Positions 19,856 to 30,272 of a stretch of 38,277 nucleotides of DNA are shown here, piece by piece. Each line of letters opens with the position of its first letter. The stretch's first letter is position 1. Below the pieces are notes generated by a model. It ran no database searches, was not told where the DNA came from, and worked only from the letters and a program-made list of their open reading frames with translations. Made by a program: the position numbers and the translations under genes. The stretch is taken from the NCBI GenBank assembly GCA_016202395.1, contig JACQOV010000070.1, positions 1 through 38,277 on the forward strand, written 5' to 3'. This DNA is from Deltaproteobacteria bacterium (lineage in GTDB: Bacteria; JACQOV01).

Positions 19856-20635
19856 ATGCTCGATATCCGAAATCTCCGAAAGACATTTCTATTGCGATCC
19901 AACTTTTTTGAGAGGCCAAGCGAGCTTGTTGCCGTCAACAACGTCTCTCTCTCCCTTCAAAAGGGGGAGATTCTAGGGCTTGTGGGGGAGAGTGGCTCCG
20001 GCAAATCGACGCTAGCTCGTTTGATTTTGAGACTTCTAGAACCGGATGGGGGTGAAATCGATTACCAAGGCCAAGATATTTTGAAACTCAGTCAAAAAGC
20101 GTTTCGCCCTTTTCGGAAAGAGATCCAGATCGTCTTCCAAGACCCGTACGCCTCGCTGAACCCTCGCATGACGGTCGGTGAGATCGTTGGGGAAGGGCCC
20201 AAAGTGCACAAGATGGCTCGCGGAAAAGAGCTCAAAGATCGCGTGGCGGAACTTCTTCAGCAGGTGGGGCTTCGGCCTGAGGCCGCACAACGTTACCCTC
20301 ATGAATTCAGTGGAGGTCAACGACAGCGGATTGGCATTGCAAGAGCGCTGTCGGTAAATCCTAAAATCTTGATTGCCGATGAGCCGGTTTCTGCCTTGGA
20401 TGTTTCCATCCAAGCCCAAATCTTAAATCTTCTTTTGGACCTTCAAGAAAAATTAGATCTTACGATGCTTTTTATCGCCCATGATCTGCGGGTTGTTGAA
20501 TTCGTGTGTGACCGTGTGGCCGTGATGTATCGTGGCGAGATTGTTGAATTGGAAACCGCAGAACAGATCTATAAAAGTCCACAGCATCCCTATACTCAGA
20601 AACTTCTCTCCGCCATCCCCAAACTTCCAAAATGA
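19856..20635 (+). CDS. oppF: Peptide ABC transporter ATP-binding protein (short form)
   Basis: [25 protein letters not shown] and HPYTQKLL motifs. Confidence 0.9.
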   Translation: MLDIRNLRKTFLLRSNFFERPSELVAVNNVSLSLQKGEILGLVGESGSGKSTLARLILRLLEPDGGEIDYQGQDILKLSQKAFRPFRKEIQIVFQDPYASLNPRMTVGEIVGEGPKVHKMARGKELKDRVAELLQQVGLRPEAAQRYPHEFSGGQRQRIGIARALSVNPKILIADEPVSALDVSIQAQILNLLLDLQEKLDLTMLFIAHDLRVVEFVCDRVAVMYRGEIVELETAEQIYKSPQHPYTQKLLSAIPKLPK

Positions 20636-20642
20636 TGGAAAT

Positions 20643-20670
20643 AAAAAAGGGGCGATGACTCGCCCCTTTT
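20643..20670. terminator. Bidirectional intrinsic terminator between oppF and groL
   Basis: AAAAGGGGCGA-tgac-TCGCCCCTTTT hairpin, with a T-run on both strands. Confidence 0.85.
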
Positions 20671-20702
20671 CGTTTGGTTCTTACTTCAAAGAACGCTTGA
20701 GC

Positions 20703-22340
<1,638 letters not shown>

Positions 22341-22354
22341 TTATTCCTCCTTCC

Positions 22355-22645
22355 TTATTTTTCAATGATTCCTAAGATCTCTTCTTCACGAAGGATGAGA
22401 TGATCCTCCCCTTCAATCTTCACATCCGCCCCTGCGTATTTTGCGAACAGGACCCGATCTCCAACCTTAACATCTAAGGGGAGAACCTTCCCATTCTCTT
22501 GAACCTTTCCTTTCCCTACAGCAACTACCTTCCCTTCCATGGGCTTCTCTTTGGCCGTGTCAGGGATGATAATGCCGCCTTTGGTTTTTTCTTCTTCTTC
22601 AAGCCGCTTGATAAGAATTCTATCTTGAAGTGGTCTAATTTTCAT
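22355..22645 (-). CDS. groS: Co-chaperonin GroES
   Basis: [28 protein letters not shown]. Confidence 0.98.
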   Translation of the reverse strand: MKIRPLQDRILIKRLEEEEKTKGGIIIPDTAKEKPMEGKVVAVGKGKVQENGKVLPLDVKVGDRVLFAKYAGADVKIEGEDHLILREEEILGIIEK

Positions 22646-22701
22646 GGCAAGCATATCTCCTTTCTATTTAGAATCAATAAGTTACACTAACTCTTCCATT
22701 A

Positions 22702-22728
22702 TTAGCACTCATCTAGGTCGAGTGCTAA
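22702..22728. promoter_or_regulatory. CIRCE element (HrcA operator)
   Basis: Perfect TTAGCACTC-N9-GAGTGCTAA upstream of groES. Confidence 0.97.
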
Positions 22729-22735
22729 CAAAACG

Positions 22736-22763
22736 AATATATCACCGTTTTTTAAAAAATCAA
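22736..22763 (-). promoter_or_regulatory. groESL sigma70 promoter (TTGATT-16-TATATT with extended TG)
   Basis: Read on the minus strand immediately upstream of the CIRCE. Confidence 0.55.
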
Positions 22764-22777
22764 GGGGTCAAAAGGAA

Positions 22778-22850
22778 TTTATTTTATCTTTTTGGCTTCG
22801 TCAGCGTGGAATTTGGCGTAGAGGGTTTGCCATTCGGCATTAGCGGGGCT
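22778..22850. repeat. 73-bp direct repeat, copy 1 (3' end of a DUF507 gene)
   Basis: Identical to 25892-25964. Confidence 0.95.
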
Positions 22851-22928
22851 CCAATGGGGACGGAAAGCGCGAATGCACTGGCGAACCGCTTGACTCATTC
22901 TGTGAATCTGTTCAGGACTTAATCGCAT
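22779..22928 (-). CDS. 49-aa chimeric DUF507 mini-gene (absent from the ORF track)
   Basis: Translates to MRLSPEQIHRMSQAVRQCIRAFRPHWSPANAEWQTLYAKFHADEAKKIK*; upstream TTGCGC-18-TAGAAT promoter-like motif. Confidence 0.65.
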   Translation of the reverse strand: MRLSPEQIHRMSQAVRQCIRAFRPHWSPANAEWQTLYAKFHADEAKKIK

Positions 22929-23055
22929 AACTTCATTCTACACAGTTCGGCCACGATGGCGCAAGGTTCGAACCCGTTTTTCAGCACGGTGTTGCATGCG
23001 GTTCAGAAATCGTCTATATTGGTTTTTTCAGTGCCCTTAGCAATGAGGAGACATT

Positions 23056-24267
23056 ATGAAGGGTAGAATTAGCTTGCTTGGAGTGAGTGGTTTGCTTTTA
23101 GCCGTTCTATTCTTTGCATTGGGTGGGTGCGGATCGAGTAGCACTGAGAATAGCACTGATAGTACAAGCGGCACCGCTCGTTTTTTCAATGGTCCCACAC
23201 CTGCCGGTGGTTCGGCCGGTGCTTTAAGTATAAACGATGCCACTCTGGTAGCCAGTGCCAGTGCGGCGACGACTCCCAGCGATGGAAACTGGCTCCTTTC
23301 ACCGGATCAGATGATCCTGACGCTCACCTCGATCGATTTAATACCGGATTCTGGCTCCAGTTCGGGTACTCTTTCCGATTCGACGTGCACCATCACGTAT
23401 GACAGAAGCCAGGTTGGTCTGGCAGAATTGGTGGATTGCCCCTTTACGGTAGACCCGGGAACTTACACATCGATCATTCTGTATTTCAATGCGACTTACC
23501 AAGTTTTGATCGATGACTCCACCAACGGATTTTATACCACATCGTCTGGCATAACGACGGGTACAGCGCCGTCCGAAGGGGCACAATATTTGACAGTGAC
23601 GACCACCAGCTCCGGAAGTACGTTTGGAAACACCAGTTATCTGGCCTCACCTTTAACGGTAGCGGAAGGAGACACGGTAACGGTGAGTATTGTCATCAGC
23701 GGTCTTCAATTCTTTCGTGTGAGTGTCAGTGGTGGCACTGTTGGCCTCGGCTCTTCTGGCTCAAGCGACCCATTCCGTCCCGACATGACGGCCTCCGTCA
23801 CCGCTCCTGCCAGCCTTGGTTTTTATGTTGCTCCCGAGATTGGTACGGCCCTTAGTTATAACAGCACTACTGCAGGAGTGACTGGAATCGCATCCGTCAG
23901 CACGTACTATTCGTCAGCGACCACCCCCACATTTCTTGTTCTTGGACTGAATGGCGAGCCCACGGGCTGTAGCCCTATCGGCGTTTCAGGCGCCATCAAC
24001 GGCCCTCCCAATGGTAATACCTTGGGCGGGTACTTGGGATTGGATTCGAATGGTGTTTTAGGCTGGGCCCTTCCCACCGATAATACGTGGACTACCTATG
24101 CAACAGAGTTCAGTATGCCCCAATTAACGACGCTCAATGAGACAACACAACTCAATTGCAAAGAAATATCGACGGATCCAGCTCCATCAGGAAATACCTT
24201 TGCGTCGGGTGCGCCAGACATAATCTCCCCCGATTACTCGATAGACATGATGCTTGTGGCTCAATAA
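23056..24267 (+). CDS. Ser/Thr/Gly-rich hypothetical lipoprotein
   Basis: SD GAGGAG, lipobox LGG-C followed by a Ser/Thr linker; 403 aa. Confidence 0.8.
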   Translation: MKGRISLLGVSGLLLAVLFFALGGCGSSSTENSTDSTSGTARFFNGPTPAGGSAGALSINDATLVASASAATTPSDGNWLLSPDQMILTLTSIDLIPDSGSSSGTLSDSTCTITYDRSQVGLAELVDCPFTVDPGTYTSIILYFNATYQVLIDDSTNGFYTTSSGITTGTAPSEGAQYLTVTTTSSGSTFGNTSYLASPLTVAEGDTVTVSIVISGLQFFRVSVSGGTVGLGSSGSSDPFRPDMTASVTAPASLGFYVAPEIGTALSYNSTTAGVTGIASVSTYYSSATTPTFLVLGLNGEPTGCSPIGVSGAINGPPNGNTLGGYLGLDSNGVLGWALPTDNTWTTYATEFSMPQLTTLNETTQLNCKEISTDPAPSGNTFASGAPDIISPDYSIDMMLVAQ

Positions 24268-24409
24268 AATTAGGCCTCCATCGCAAATTCCTTGCAGGCA
24301 GTTCGAAAATCGTCCGCTAGTTCATCCACCACGCCACGAATTCCTGGCCCGTGCGTTTTTGTGTGTGGGGGTTGGCGGTGTCTGTTTGAAAATACCCGAA
24401 CCAAACTCG

Positions 24410-25732
24410 TTAGGCTCGGCGAGTGGAAACAAGAAGCCATTCCCATAATGGCTGAAAATGTAGGGCCATCCCATCTTTTTCCATTTCGCGTTTTTCATCC
24501 CATGTCAGCACCGTCAGCTTAGGAACTTTTCCGCCAGAGACGGATACCCCCTTGGCGGACAATTCGTTGCTTGTTTCAACCAATGCTTTTATTTCTCGTT
24601 CCTCCGCATCCGGATTTTTGGCATCGTAACAGACTTGAATTAGTTCCACGACCTCTATTCCTTTTTTCACAATAAAATCGACTTCGCGGTCGTTGCGAGT
24701 CTTATAATAGAATAGCTCGAGATTGGGTTTAGCTCCGCGCTTAACAAGCTCGATGAAAACCAAATTTTCCATAAGCTTACCCCTGTTGGGCGAATGCTGA
24801 ATCGCTTTTGCGCTTATGAATCCATTATCAACAACATACACTTTCTTGGGAGATTTTATCCGCTGTGCCGACTTTACCGAATAACGGAGCAAAGAGAAAA
24901 CTAAATAAGCTTCCTCCAAATACTTCGTGTATTTTTCCGTAGTGGTGATGCTCTTGAAACCCAGTATGTCCTGCAATTTGCGCAGACTATATAGGCTGGC
25001 AAAGTTATTTATTAAATACGATCCCAAATTTCCTATCTGCGCCGAAAATTTAACCTTATGTCGTTTGACTACATCTTTAAAAAGCAGGGAGTCGTAGAGA
25101 ACTTCCAGATAGTCTTTGGGATCAATCTTATTTACCGCCACTTCCGGGAAACCGCCATTTAACAAGTATTCTTCCATGAACTTCAAGACCTCGCCGCGCC
25201 TTTGGGGCAAGGAACCGTATTCAGAATCTACAACAAAATTTTTTGCCCGCAGGAATTCGCTGAAATCAAACGGCAGTATTTCTATAGGCATGTGCCTGCC
25301 GGTGAGATGCGTGGCAAGTTCTTTGGAAAGCAGTCTGGCGTTGGAGCCGGTGATCACCAGGTTATAACCCTCACGGTGCAAACGATTGGCGAACAGCTCC
25401 CAGTTCGGCAAATTCTGAATTTCATCAAATAGAATAGTTTTTATGTTGCCGTAGGCTGCATGCAGCGTTTTCATCAGCTCATCCGTGGCTATGCCACCCA
25501 CACTCGCCAAAACTTCATCATCAAAATTGAAGTACATGAACGGCCGATCCTTCAAAAGCATCAGCGAGAAAACGGACTTACCGGCTCGCCTGGGTCCTAA
25601 AACTACTTTTATCAAATTCGAATCAAGCCATTTTTTGCCGAAATGGTCTTTCGTTCTTGCCACATATTGAAGTTGAAGCGACAGCAGATGTTCTTTTTCC
25701 ATTTTTTGCTTTAAAACTACGTCGTTAAGCAT
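24410..25732 (-). CDS. AAA_14 ATPase with DUF4143 domain
   Basis: GPRRAGKS, FDEIQN, ITGSNA, GGFPE, KKVYVVDNG and EVDF..LIQVC motifs. Confidence 0.9.
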   Translation of the reverse strand: MLNDVVLKQKMEKEHLLSLQLQYVARTKDHFGKKWLDSNLIKVVLGPRRAGKSVFSLMLLKDRPFMYFNFDDEVLASVGGIATDELMKTLHAAYGNIKTILFDEIQNLPNWELFANRLHREGYNLVITGSNARLLSKELATHLTGRHMPIEILPFDFSEFLRAKNFVVDSEYGSLPQRRGEVLKFMEEYLLNGGFPEVAVNKIDPKDYLEVLYDSLLFKDVVKRHKVKFSAQIGNLGSYLINNFASLYSLRKLQDILGFKSITTTEKYTKYLEEAYLVFSLLRYSVKSAQRIKSPKKVYVVDNGFISAKAIQHSPNRGKLMENLVFIELVKRGAKPNLELFYYKTRNDREVDFIVKKGIEVVELIQVCYDAKNPDAEEREIKALVETSNELSAKGVSVSGGKVPKLTVLTWDEKREMEKDGMALHFQPLWEWLLVSTRRA

Positions 25733-25742
25733 ATATTCTTTC

Positions 25743-25778
25743 TATAGTGGTCAAAAGAGACACATTCTGACCACTATA
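25743..25778. promoter_or_regulatory. Inverted repeat upstream of the ATPase (putative operator)
   Basis: TATAGTGGTCA-N14-TGACCACTATA, perfect 11-bp arms. Confidence 0.5.
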
Positions 25779-25891
25779 CTGAGTATACAGGTCAAAAGGG
25801 AAAAAGCAAGCAGACCAAAATAAAACGGTTAGCCATTTAGGAACAGGAGCGCATTACAGCATTCTATTCAACGGGGTGATTTTTGCATAGT

Positions 25892-25964
25892 TTTATTTTA
25901 TCTTTTTGGCTTCGTCAGCGTGGAATTTGGCGTAGAGGGTTTGCCATTCGGCATTAGCGGGGCT
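25892..25964. repeat. 73-bp direct repeat, copy 2
   Basis: Identical to 22778-22850; encodes the C-terminus of the DUF507 gene at 25893-26165. Confidence 0.95.
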
Positions 25965-26165
25965 TAAATGAGGACGAAAAGCACGGATCCGTTGATGTAC
26001 GGCTTGATCAACCTTTTCTTCCCGTTCCAATTGTTCTGAAAGGACATTTCTAATCTGTTGTAGCACTACCTTCTCACTGGCCAGCAGCTCCGCCTCTTTG
26101 GACTGAGTGATTGCGCGCACAATCTTTTGTGAAAGATGAACAACCCTCTCTGGACTCATCGACAT
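25893..26165 (-). CDS. DUF507 family protein (second of tandem pair)
   Basis: MSMSPERVVHLSQKIV..EEKVDQAV..EWQTLYAK; helical paralog of the upstream gene. Confidence 0.75.
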   Translation of the reverse strand: MSMSPERVVHLSQKIVRAITQSKEAELLASEKVVLQQIRNVLSEQLEREEKVDQAVHQRIRAFRPHLSPANAEWQTLYAKFHADEAKKIK

Positions 26166-26446
26166 CAGAGAACCATCCCCTTCTCTTCAGCCAACTTGGC
26201 TTTAATTTTGTGAAACATCTTTCCCCAATCGGCCCCCTCTTGATCCAGAAGCTGCGCATTCTTTTGGAGAAGGGCCTCTACCTCTTTTTCAAGCTCTGTC
26301 TCCGCCGTTTGATCGGCCTCAAGAACCTTTGCAACACGATCCACAAGTTTCTCTTCTGCAACAGAGGATCGAATCCCCTTCCCTTCCACTAAAGCATGAA
26401 TCACGGCTTTGCTAATCCTATGAATCTGTTCCCGGCTCAGATGCAT
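26165..26446 (-). CDS. DUF507 family protein (first of tandem pair)
   Basis: MHLSREQIHRIS..MFHKIKAKLAEEKGMVL. Confidence 0.78.
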   Translation of the reverse strand: MHLSREQIHRISKAVIHALVEGKGIRSSVAEEKLVDRVAKVLEADQTAETELEKEVEALLQKNAQLLDQEGADWGKMFHKIKAKLAEEKGMVL

Positions 26447-26476
26447 TTTAAAACCCACAAAATCACCCTCGTTAAT

Positions 26477-27066
26477 TTAAACAGTAACACCCTTTAAAAG
26501 GTCCCATCCTTTAGATAATACATATCTTAGCCAATATCCGGCTGTAAGAGAAGTGACAATTGCAATTAGCACAAGAACCGCAAAAAATGTTTCATTAATA
26601 ATACCAAGGTCAAATGCGACCGTGGCAAGGACAATGCCGGGTCCTCCTCTTGCATTCATGGTAAGACCCAGATTAAAACTTGAAAGCCAACTTTGATGTG
26701 CCAACTTGGCAGCGATCATTGTCCCAAGAGTCTTTACGGTCACCGCAAAAAGCAAGAAGATTAAAAAGAAAGATAGATCAAAATGATGAACCAAATCAAG
26801 TTTCAGACCGACCACCGCAAAATATATGGGAATAAAGAAGCCCAAACCGATTTCCTTTACATGTGTCTTCACACTCGCAATTTTTTCATTGGCAGTTGTG
26901 CCGACTACAATTCCGGCTAGAAATGCGCCGAAAATAATGTTTACATTTAAAAAGCTCGCAACCACAGCGAACAAAAAACACACAAACAACACATATCCAG
27001 TGGCAGAAGATTTTATCAGGAGATTGAGGCGCGATTTATTTACCCATTCAAAAAGCCTTGGCAATA
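26477..27066 (-). pseudogene. Cation:proton antiporter (CPA2/KefB-like), C-terminal fragment lacking its 5' half
   Basis: IFGAFLAG, FFIPIYFAVVGLKLD and MNARGGPGIV motifs; frame begins at the IS630 end. Confidence 0.85.
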
Positions 27067-27080
27067 CTAATACAAACGCG

Positions 27081-27616
27081 CTAAGTGATGTGACATAACC
27101 GTCTAATCTTTTGTGGAGACCATGAATGCGTCGTTGTCCGAACAGTTGTCCAAATAATATCCAGGCTTTCAAACCAGCGATTAGTGGTTGCCTCGTAGCG
27201 AACACGTCGCCAGATCCGCTCCTGGCAGTTCAGCCCCGGTTGATAGGGGGGCAGATAATTCAAGTAAAGCCTTCGATGGGTCTTCAAGAATTGGAGAACA
27301 GGCTCTCCCCGATGCCAACGGGCCCTGTCCACATACAAAAATATCCGATAACCTCGGAGCTTTTTGTAAAGAGATTTCAAGACTTCCAGGAATCCTTCCC
27401 GATTGCCTTCGGCTGTCCGGATAAAGCCATACCGACCCAAAAGCGGCGCTACCCATCCCGATACGTTGAGCCGCTTGGCGTGTTGGCTGGTCGTGGGGAT
27501 TCTCAAGCGAACCCCTTTCTTGGCCCAACCTCTGCCAAGCCTGGAATGAAGCGTGAAACCCGTCTCGTCTTGAAAGACAACAGTTTCACGAGGCCCCAGA
27601 TTTTGGAGTTTTTTTT
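27081..27616 (-). CDS. IS630 transposase OrfB (DDE domain), reached by a frameshift
   Basis: VVFQDETGF, YVDRARWH and LPPYQPGLNCQERIW motifs. Confidence 0.85.
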
Positions 27617-28119
27617 AAAACTCTCTGGAATTGGCGTGCCTGAGAGCTTTTGGCTTGGAGGTAAACATGGCCGGCCCGTTTCAGTTGGTAACCCAACTGG
27701 TGCATCCACATCTGGGCCTGACGGACTTTCAAAGAGATTCCGAAGCGCCGTTTTAAGTGAACCGCAAGCGTCGGTCCGTCCCACTGGATTCGCGGAAGGC
27801 CGAACTTGTTCGGAGATTGTTCCAGGTGCTCGGTTAGCTCCCAACGGACCTTTTCGGTCAAACGAGCCGGTCGTCCAGGACGAAGTTTAGGTTCCAGAGC
27901 TTTCAGGCCAGTTTCGTTGACGCCATGAATCCATCGGTTTAAGCTCATCCGATGTAACCCTAAAACCTCCGTTATCCATACAGGCCTTTGGCCCTCCAGG
28001 AAAAGCAGTAAGGCCGCAATCTTTATCCCGGTCCAAGCCCCCGGAATATGTTCCGCAAATGCTGCCAAGCGTTCCCGGGTGGCGTCGGGGTGCGACAACT
28101 CTAAGGTGGTGTGTCTCAT
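27586..28119 (-). CDS. IS630 transposase OrfA (HTH domains)
   Basis: RPGRPARL and WDGPTLAVHLKRRFGI motifs; A8 run at 27609-27616. Confidence 0.88.
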   Translation of the reverse strand: MRHTTLELSHPDATRERLAAFAEHIPGAWTGIKIAALLLFLEGQRPVWITEVLGLHRMSLNRWIHGVNETGLKALEPKLRPGRPARLTEKVRWELTEHLEQSPNKFGLPRIQWDGPTLAVHLKRRFGISLKVRQAQMWMHQLGYQLKRAGHVYLQAKSSQARQFQRVLKKTPKSGAS

Positions 28120-28142
28120 GAATACAAGGTATCATAACAGTA

Positions 28143-30266
28143 TCAATATGTCACTTCATTTAATGCGTTTGTATTAGTATAATCATCCCAAACTATTATT
28201 TGATCATAAACATCAGGGGAACTGTAAGACTGAGAAGAACGGGGCTGGCGAGCGATTTGAACCTCATCACCACCCGTGCTCAAATCATAAAGATAAACCG
28301 CGTCAAAACCGTCCCTTTTATCAACCCAAACGACATAGTTTCCATAGACGGCAGGGGGCTCTTGATCAAAATCGTCTGTTGTAATAGCGATGGAGCTTTC
28401 AGGATTTACTATGAGCGCGAAGCTATAATCCAACCACTCGGTATTATTAATAAGCACGTCGAGTTCTAATTCCACTTGATGAATATAGGGTGCGGAAGGG
28501 GAGATCTCTAAAATAATAGGTTCATCGGCAACAAAAACGTCTGGCTCTGTTTTAGTAAATGCAATGGGTTGCGTATTATTAACGCTTACATCGCGCCCGC
28601 TAGATGACACGGCTGTAGACAATCGATTAATGTATTCGATGCCCCGGGTATCGGCCAATAATATCAACGACAGTTCTATTATTTCGCCTCCTTCGGGAAT
28701 ATAATCTCCATCTCCAAAGTGCGTATCATCTATCGTATAAGAATGCGTAAATAATACTTGCGGCTTGATAAATTGTCTAAAATTGGAAACAGTGCTCACT
28801 GTGTTGTTTAACGTCTTCCAGTTCTCAGAGGGGCCTTGTGTCCCTTCCCAATCGTTCTCATCGACCCCCATATGATCGTAAAAGGTGAGACCGGAATCAA
28901 AGGTTACATGAGGATTGGACCATAAAGGTATTCGCTCACACAAGTCGTCACTAGAACAACCGGTATCCTTGGTAGTCTTAGCCATGATCGTTCTCCACTC
29001 AAAATCGGGGGTAACATAGCCATAACTATAAGGGAAAGGACCTTGTTCTGGTAAACCTGGCAGTTTCGCATGAGGAACCTCCTTCATATTTTGCTGATTT
29101 TGAGTGGGAACCTTTGATGCTATGTTTCCATGAAGATCATGCTTGATCTTCGAAGCCGCATCCGGATCTGCGTACCAGTCATGTCGAGCCCCCATATTAT
29201 GCCCCATTTCATGGGCAAAACTATAATTCCCCGTAGCACAATCTATAGTGACTACATTAAAAGCATAGGCCTCGAACTCACTCGAGACCTCCTCCATCAG
29301 ATAGGCCTGGCCACAAACTCCATCTCCAAGGTTGCTAACCCAAAGACTTACGATATCGGCACCATATTCATTCCGAACGGTATGGATTTCATCTAAAAAA
29401 CCGTCCGATGGATCCGCTAATCTTTCACGATCTGTTCCAGAACTCCCACTTTCTATGTAATCCACCTTCCCGGCATAAATGAGCCGAACTCGTTGTTGGA
29501 TTTGGCTGTCTTCATAGGATTGGTTCGTTTCATTAACAGTGAGTTCTATCTCGGACTCGATATCCCTCCATGCCGCATCAGCGGCATCTTGGGTATAGAA
29601 AACCACCACATCGATGATTGGTTCTTCTGCTTCTAAGATATAATTTGAAGGGCCAGCCGCCGAACTCCTAGCCCTCTTAAATTCCCCAGAGCTGATTTGG
29701 CAATTCTCATCGTCTGGATAAGCCTTCTGATTGATCTCTTTCACAACATGAAAGATATTATCTCCAATTTTATTTAAATTCTCATCACTCTTGACAGATC
29801 GAATCTGGAATAATTTTCCTCCCCGATTGATATTCGCTGTGATGCTCCTTTTTTCTTTGTTGATAACAAAGATGCCGTAGTTATACTGAGTTCCCTCAGC
29901 CCGCCCAATCCAGACACAATGAGTTGCAGAATCACATCTTTCTTGTTTCTTTATTAACTGTAGAGAAACGTCATCAAAAAGCCGCACCTCCATTAAATCA
30001 GGGCCTTTTAACTCTTTTCCTGGTTCCAGATTGAACAGATCCATTTTGGGGGTTACGAATCTAAAACGTTTCACTGCTGGGTCTTCACTTAATTTCTTTG
30101 CAAAAGGCTCAACGAGATTAGTAGGAACTTCGATGTTGTCGAACAATGGCCCTCTCTTCGAATTTTCTTGCAAAAGAAGACCAAAAGACAAAGCAACAGC
30201 GATGCAGGCTACAAACAAGACGGGCCTAATAAATTGGGGTTTCGCTTTCGATTTTGTTTTCACCAC
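28143..30266 (-). CDS. Membrane-anchored reprolysin-like (metzincin) zinc metalloprotease with beta-propeller repeats; C-terminally truncated by IS630 at ~28178
   Basis: HEMGHNMGARH zinc motif, RTIMA Met-turn, ADIVSL, PAVYGNYVVWVD and PDVYDQIIVWDD repeats; last residues are IS-derived. Confidence 0.85.
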   Translation of the reverse strand: MVKTKSKAKPQFIRPVLFVACIAVALSFGLLLQENSKRGPLFDNIEVPTNLVEPFAKKLSEDPAVKRFRFVTPKMDLFNLEPGKELKGPDLMEVRLFDDVSLQLIKKQERCDSATHCVWIGRAEGTQYNYGIFVINKEKRSITANINRGGKLFQIRSVKSDENLNKIGDNIFHVVKEINQKAYPDDENCQISSGEFKRARSSAAGPSNYILEAEEPIIDVVVFYTQDAADAAWRDIESEIELTVNETNQSYEDSQIQQRVRLIYAGKVDYIESGSSGTDRERLADPSDGFLDEIHTVRNEYGADIVSLWVSNLGDGVCGQAYLMEEVSSEFEAYAFNVVTIDCATGNYSFAHEMGHNMGARHDWYADPDAASKIKHDLHGNIASKVPTQNQQNMKEVPHAKLPGLPEQGPFPYSYGYVTPDFEWRTIMAKTTKDTGCSSDDLCERIPLWSNPHVTFDSGLTFYDHMGVDENDWEGTQGPSENWKTLNNTVSTVSNFRQFIKPQVLFTHSYTIDDTHFGDGDYIPEGGEIIELSLILLADTRGIEYINRLSTAVSSSGRDVSVNNTQPIAFTKTEPDVFVADEPIILEISPSAPYIHQVELELDVLINNTEWLDYSFALIVNPESSIAITTDDFDQEPPAVYGNYVVWVDKRDGFDAVYLYDLSTGGDEVQIARQPRSSQSYSSPDVYDQIIVWDDYTNTNALNEVTY

Positions 30267-30272
30267 GAATTC

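Larger units (their letters stand above)
27067..28177 (-). mobile_element. IS630-family insertion sequence (1111 bp)
   Basis: 31-bp terminal inverted repeats (27/31 match; 27067-27097 and 28147-28177), each flanked by TA; encodes a split transposase. Confidence 0.92.

Noticed and set aside
22960-22980. GGTTCGAACCC resembling a tRNA T-loop near the island edge
   Set aside because: The T-stem does not pair well and there are no acceptor or anticodon arms.
22981-22998. CAGCACGGTGTTGCA as a sigma54 promoter for the lipoprotein
   Set aside because: Lacks the invariant GG and the spacing is one base short.
24270-24345. GTTCGAA...CCACCA tRNA-3'-like motif / possible recombinase C-terminal remnant on the minus strand
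   Set aside because: Spacing does not fit a tRNA 3' end, and the peptide is too short to assign.
22778-26007. DGR template/variable repeat interpretation of the duplicated DUF507 segment
   Set aside because: Mismatches are not confined to adenines, are mostly synonymous, and no reverse transcriptase is present.
27067-27205. 5' part of the 242-aa antiporter ORF
   Set aside because: IS630-derived sequence read in another frame, not antiporter.
27126-27890. 254-aa + strand ORF inside IS630
   Set aside because: Antisense to the transposase frames; no recognisable domain.
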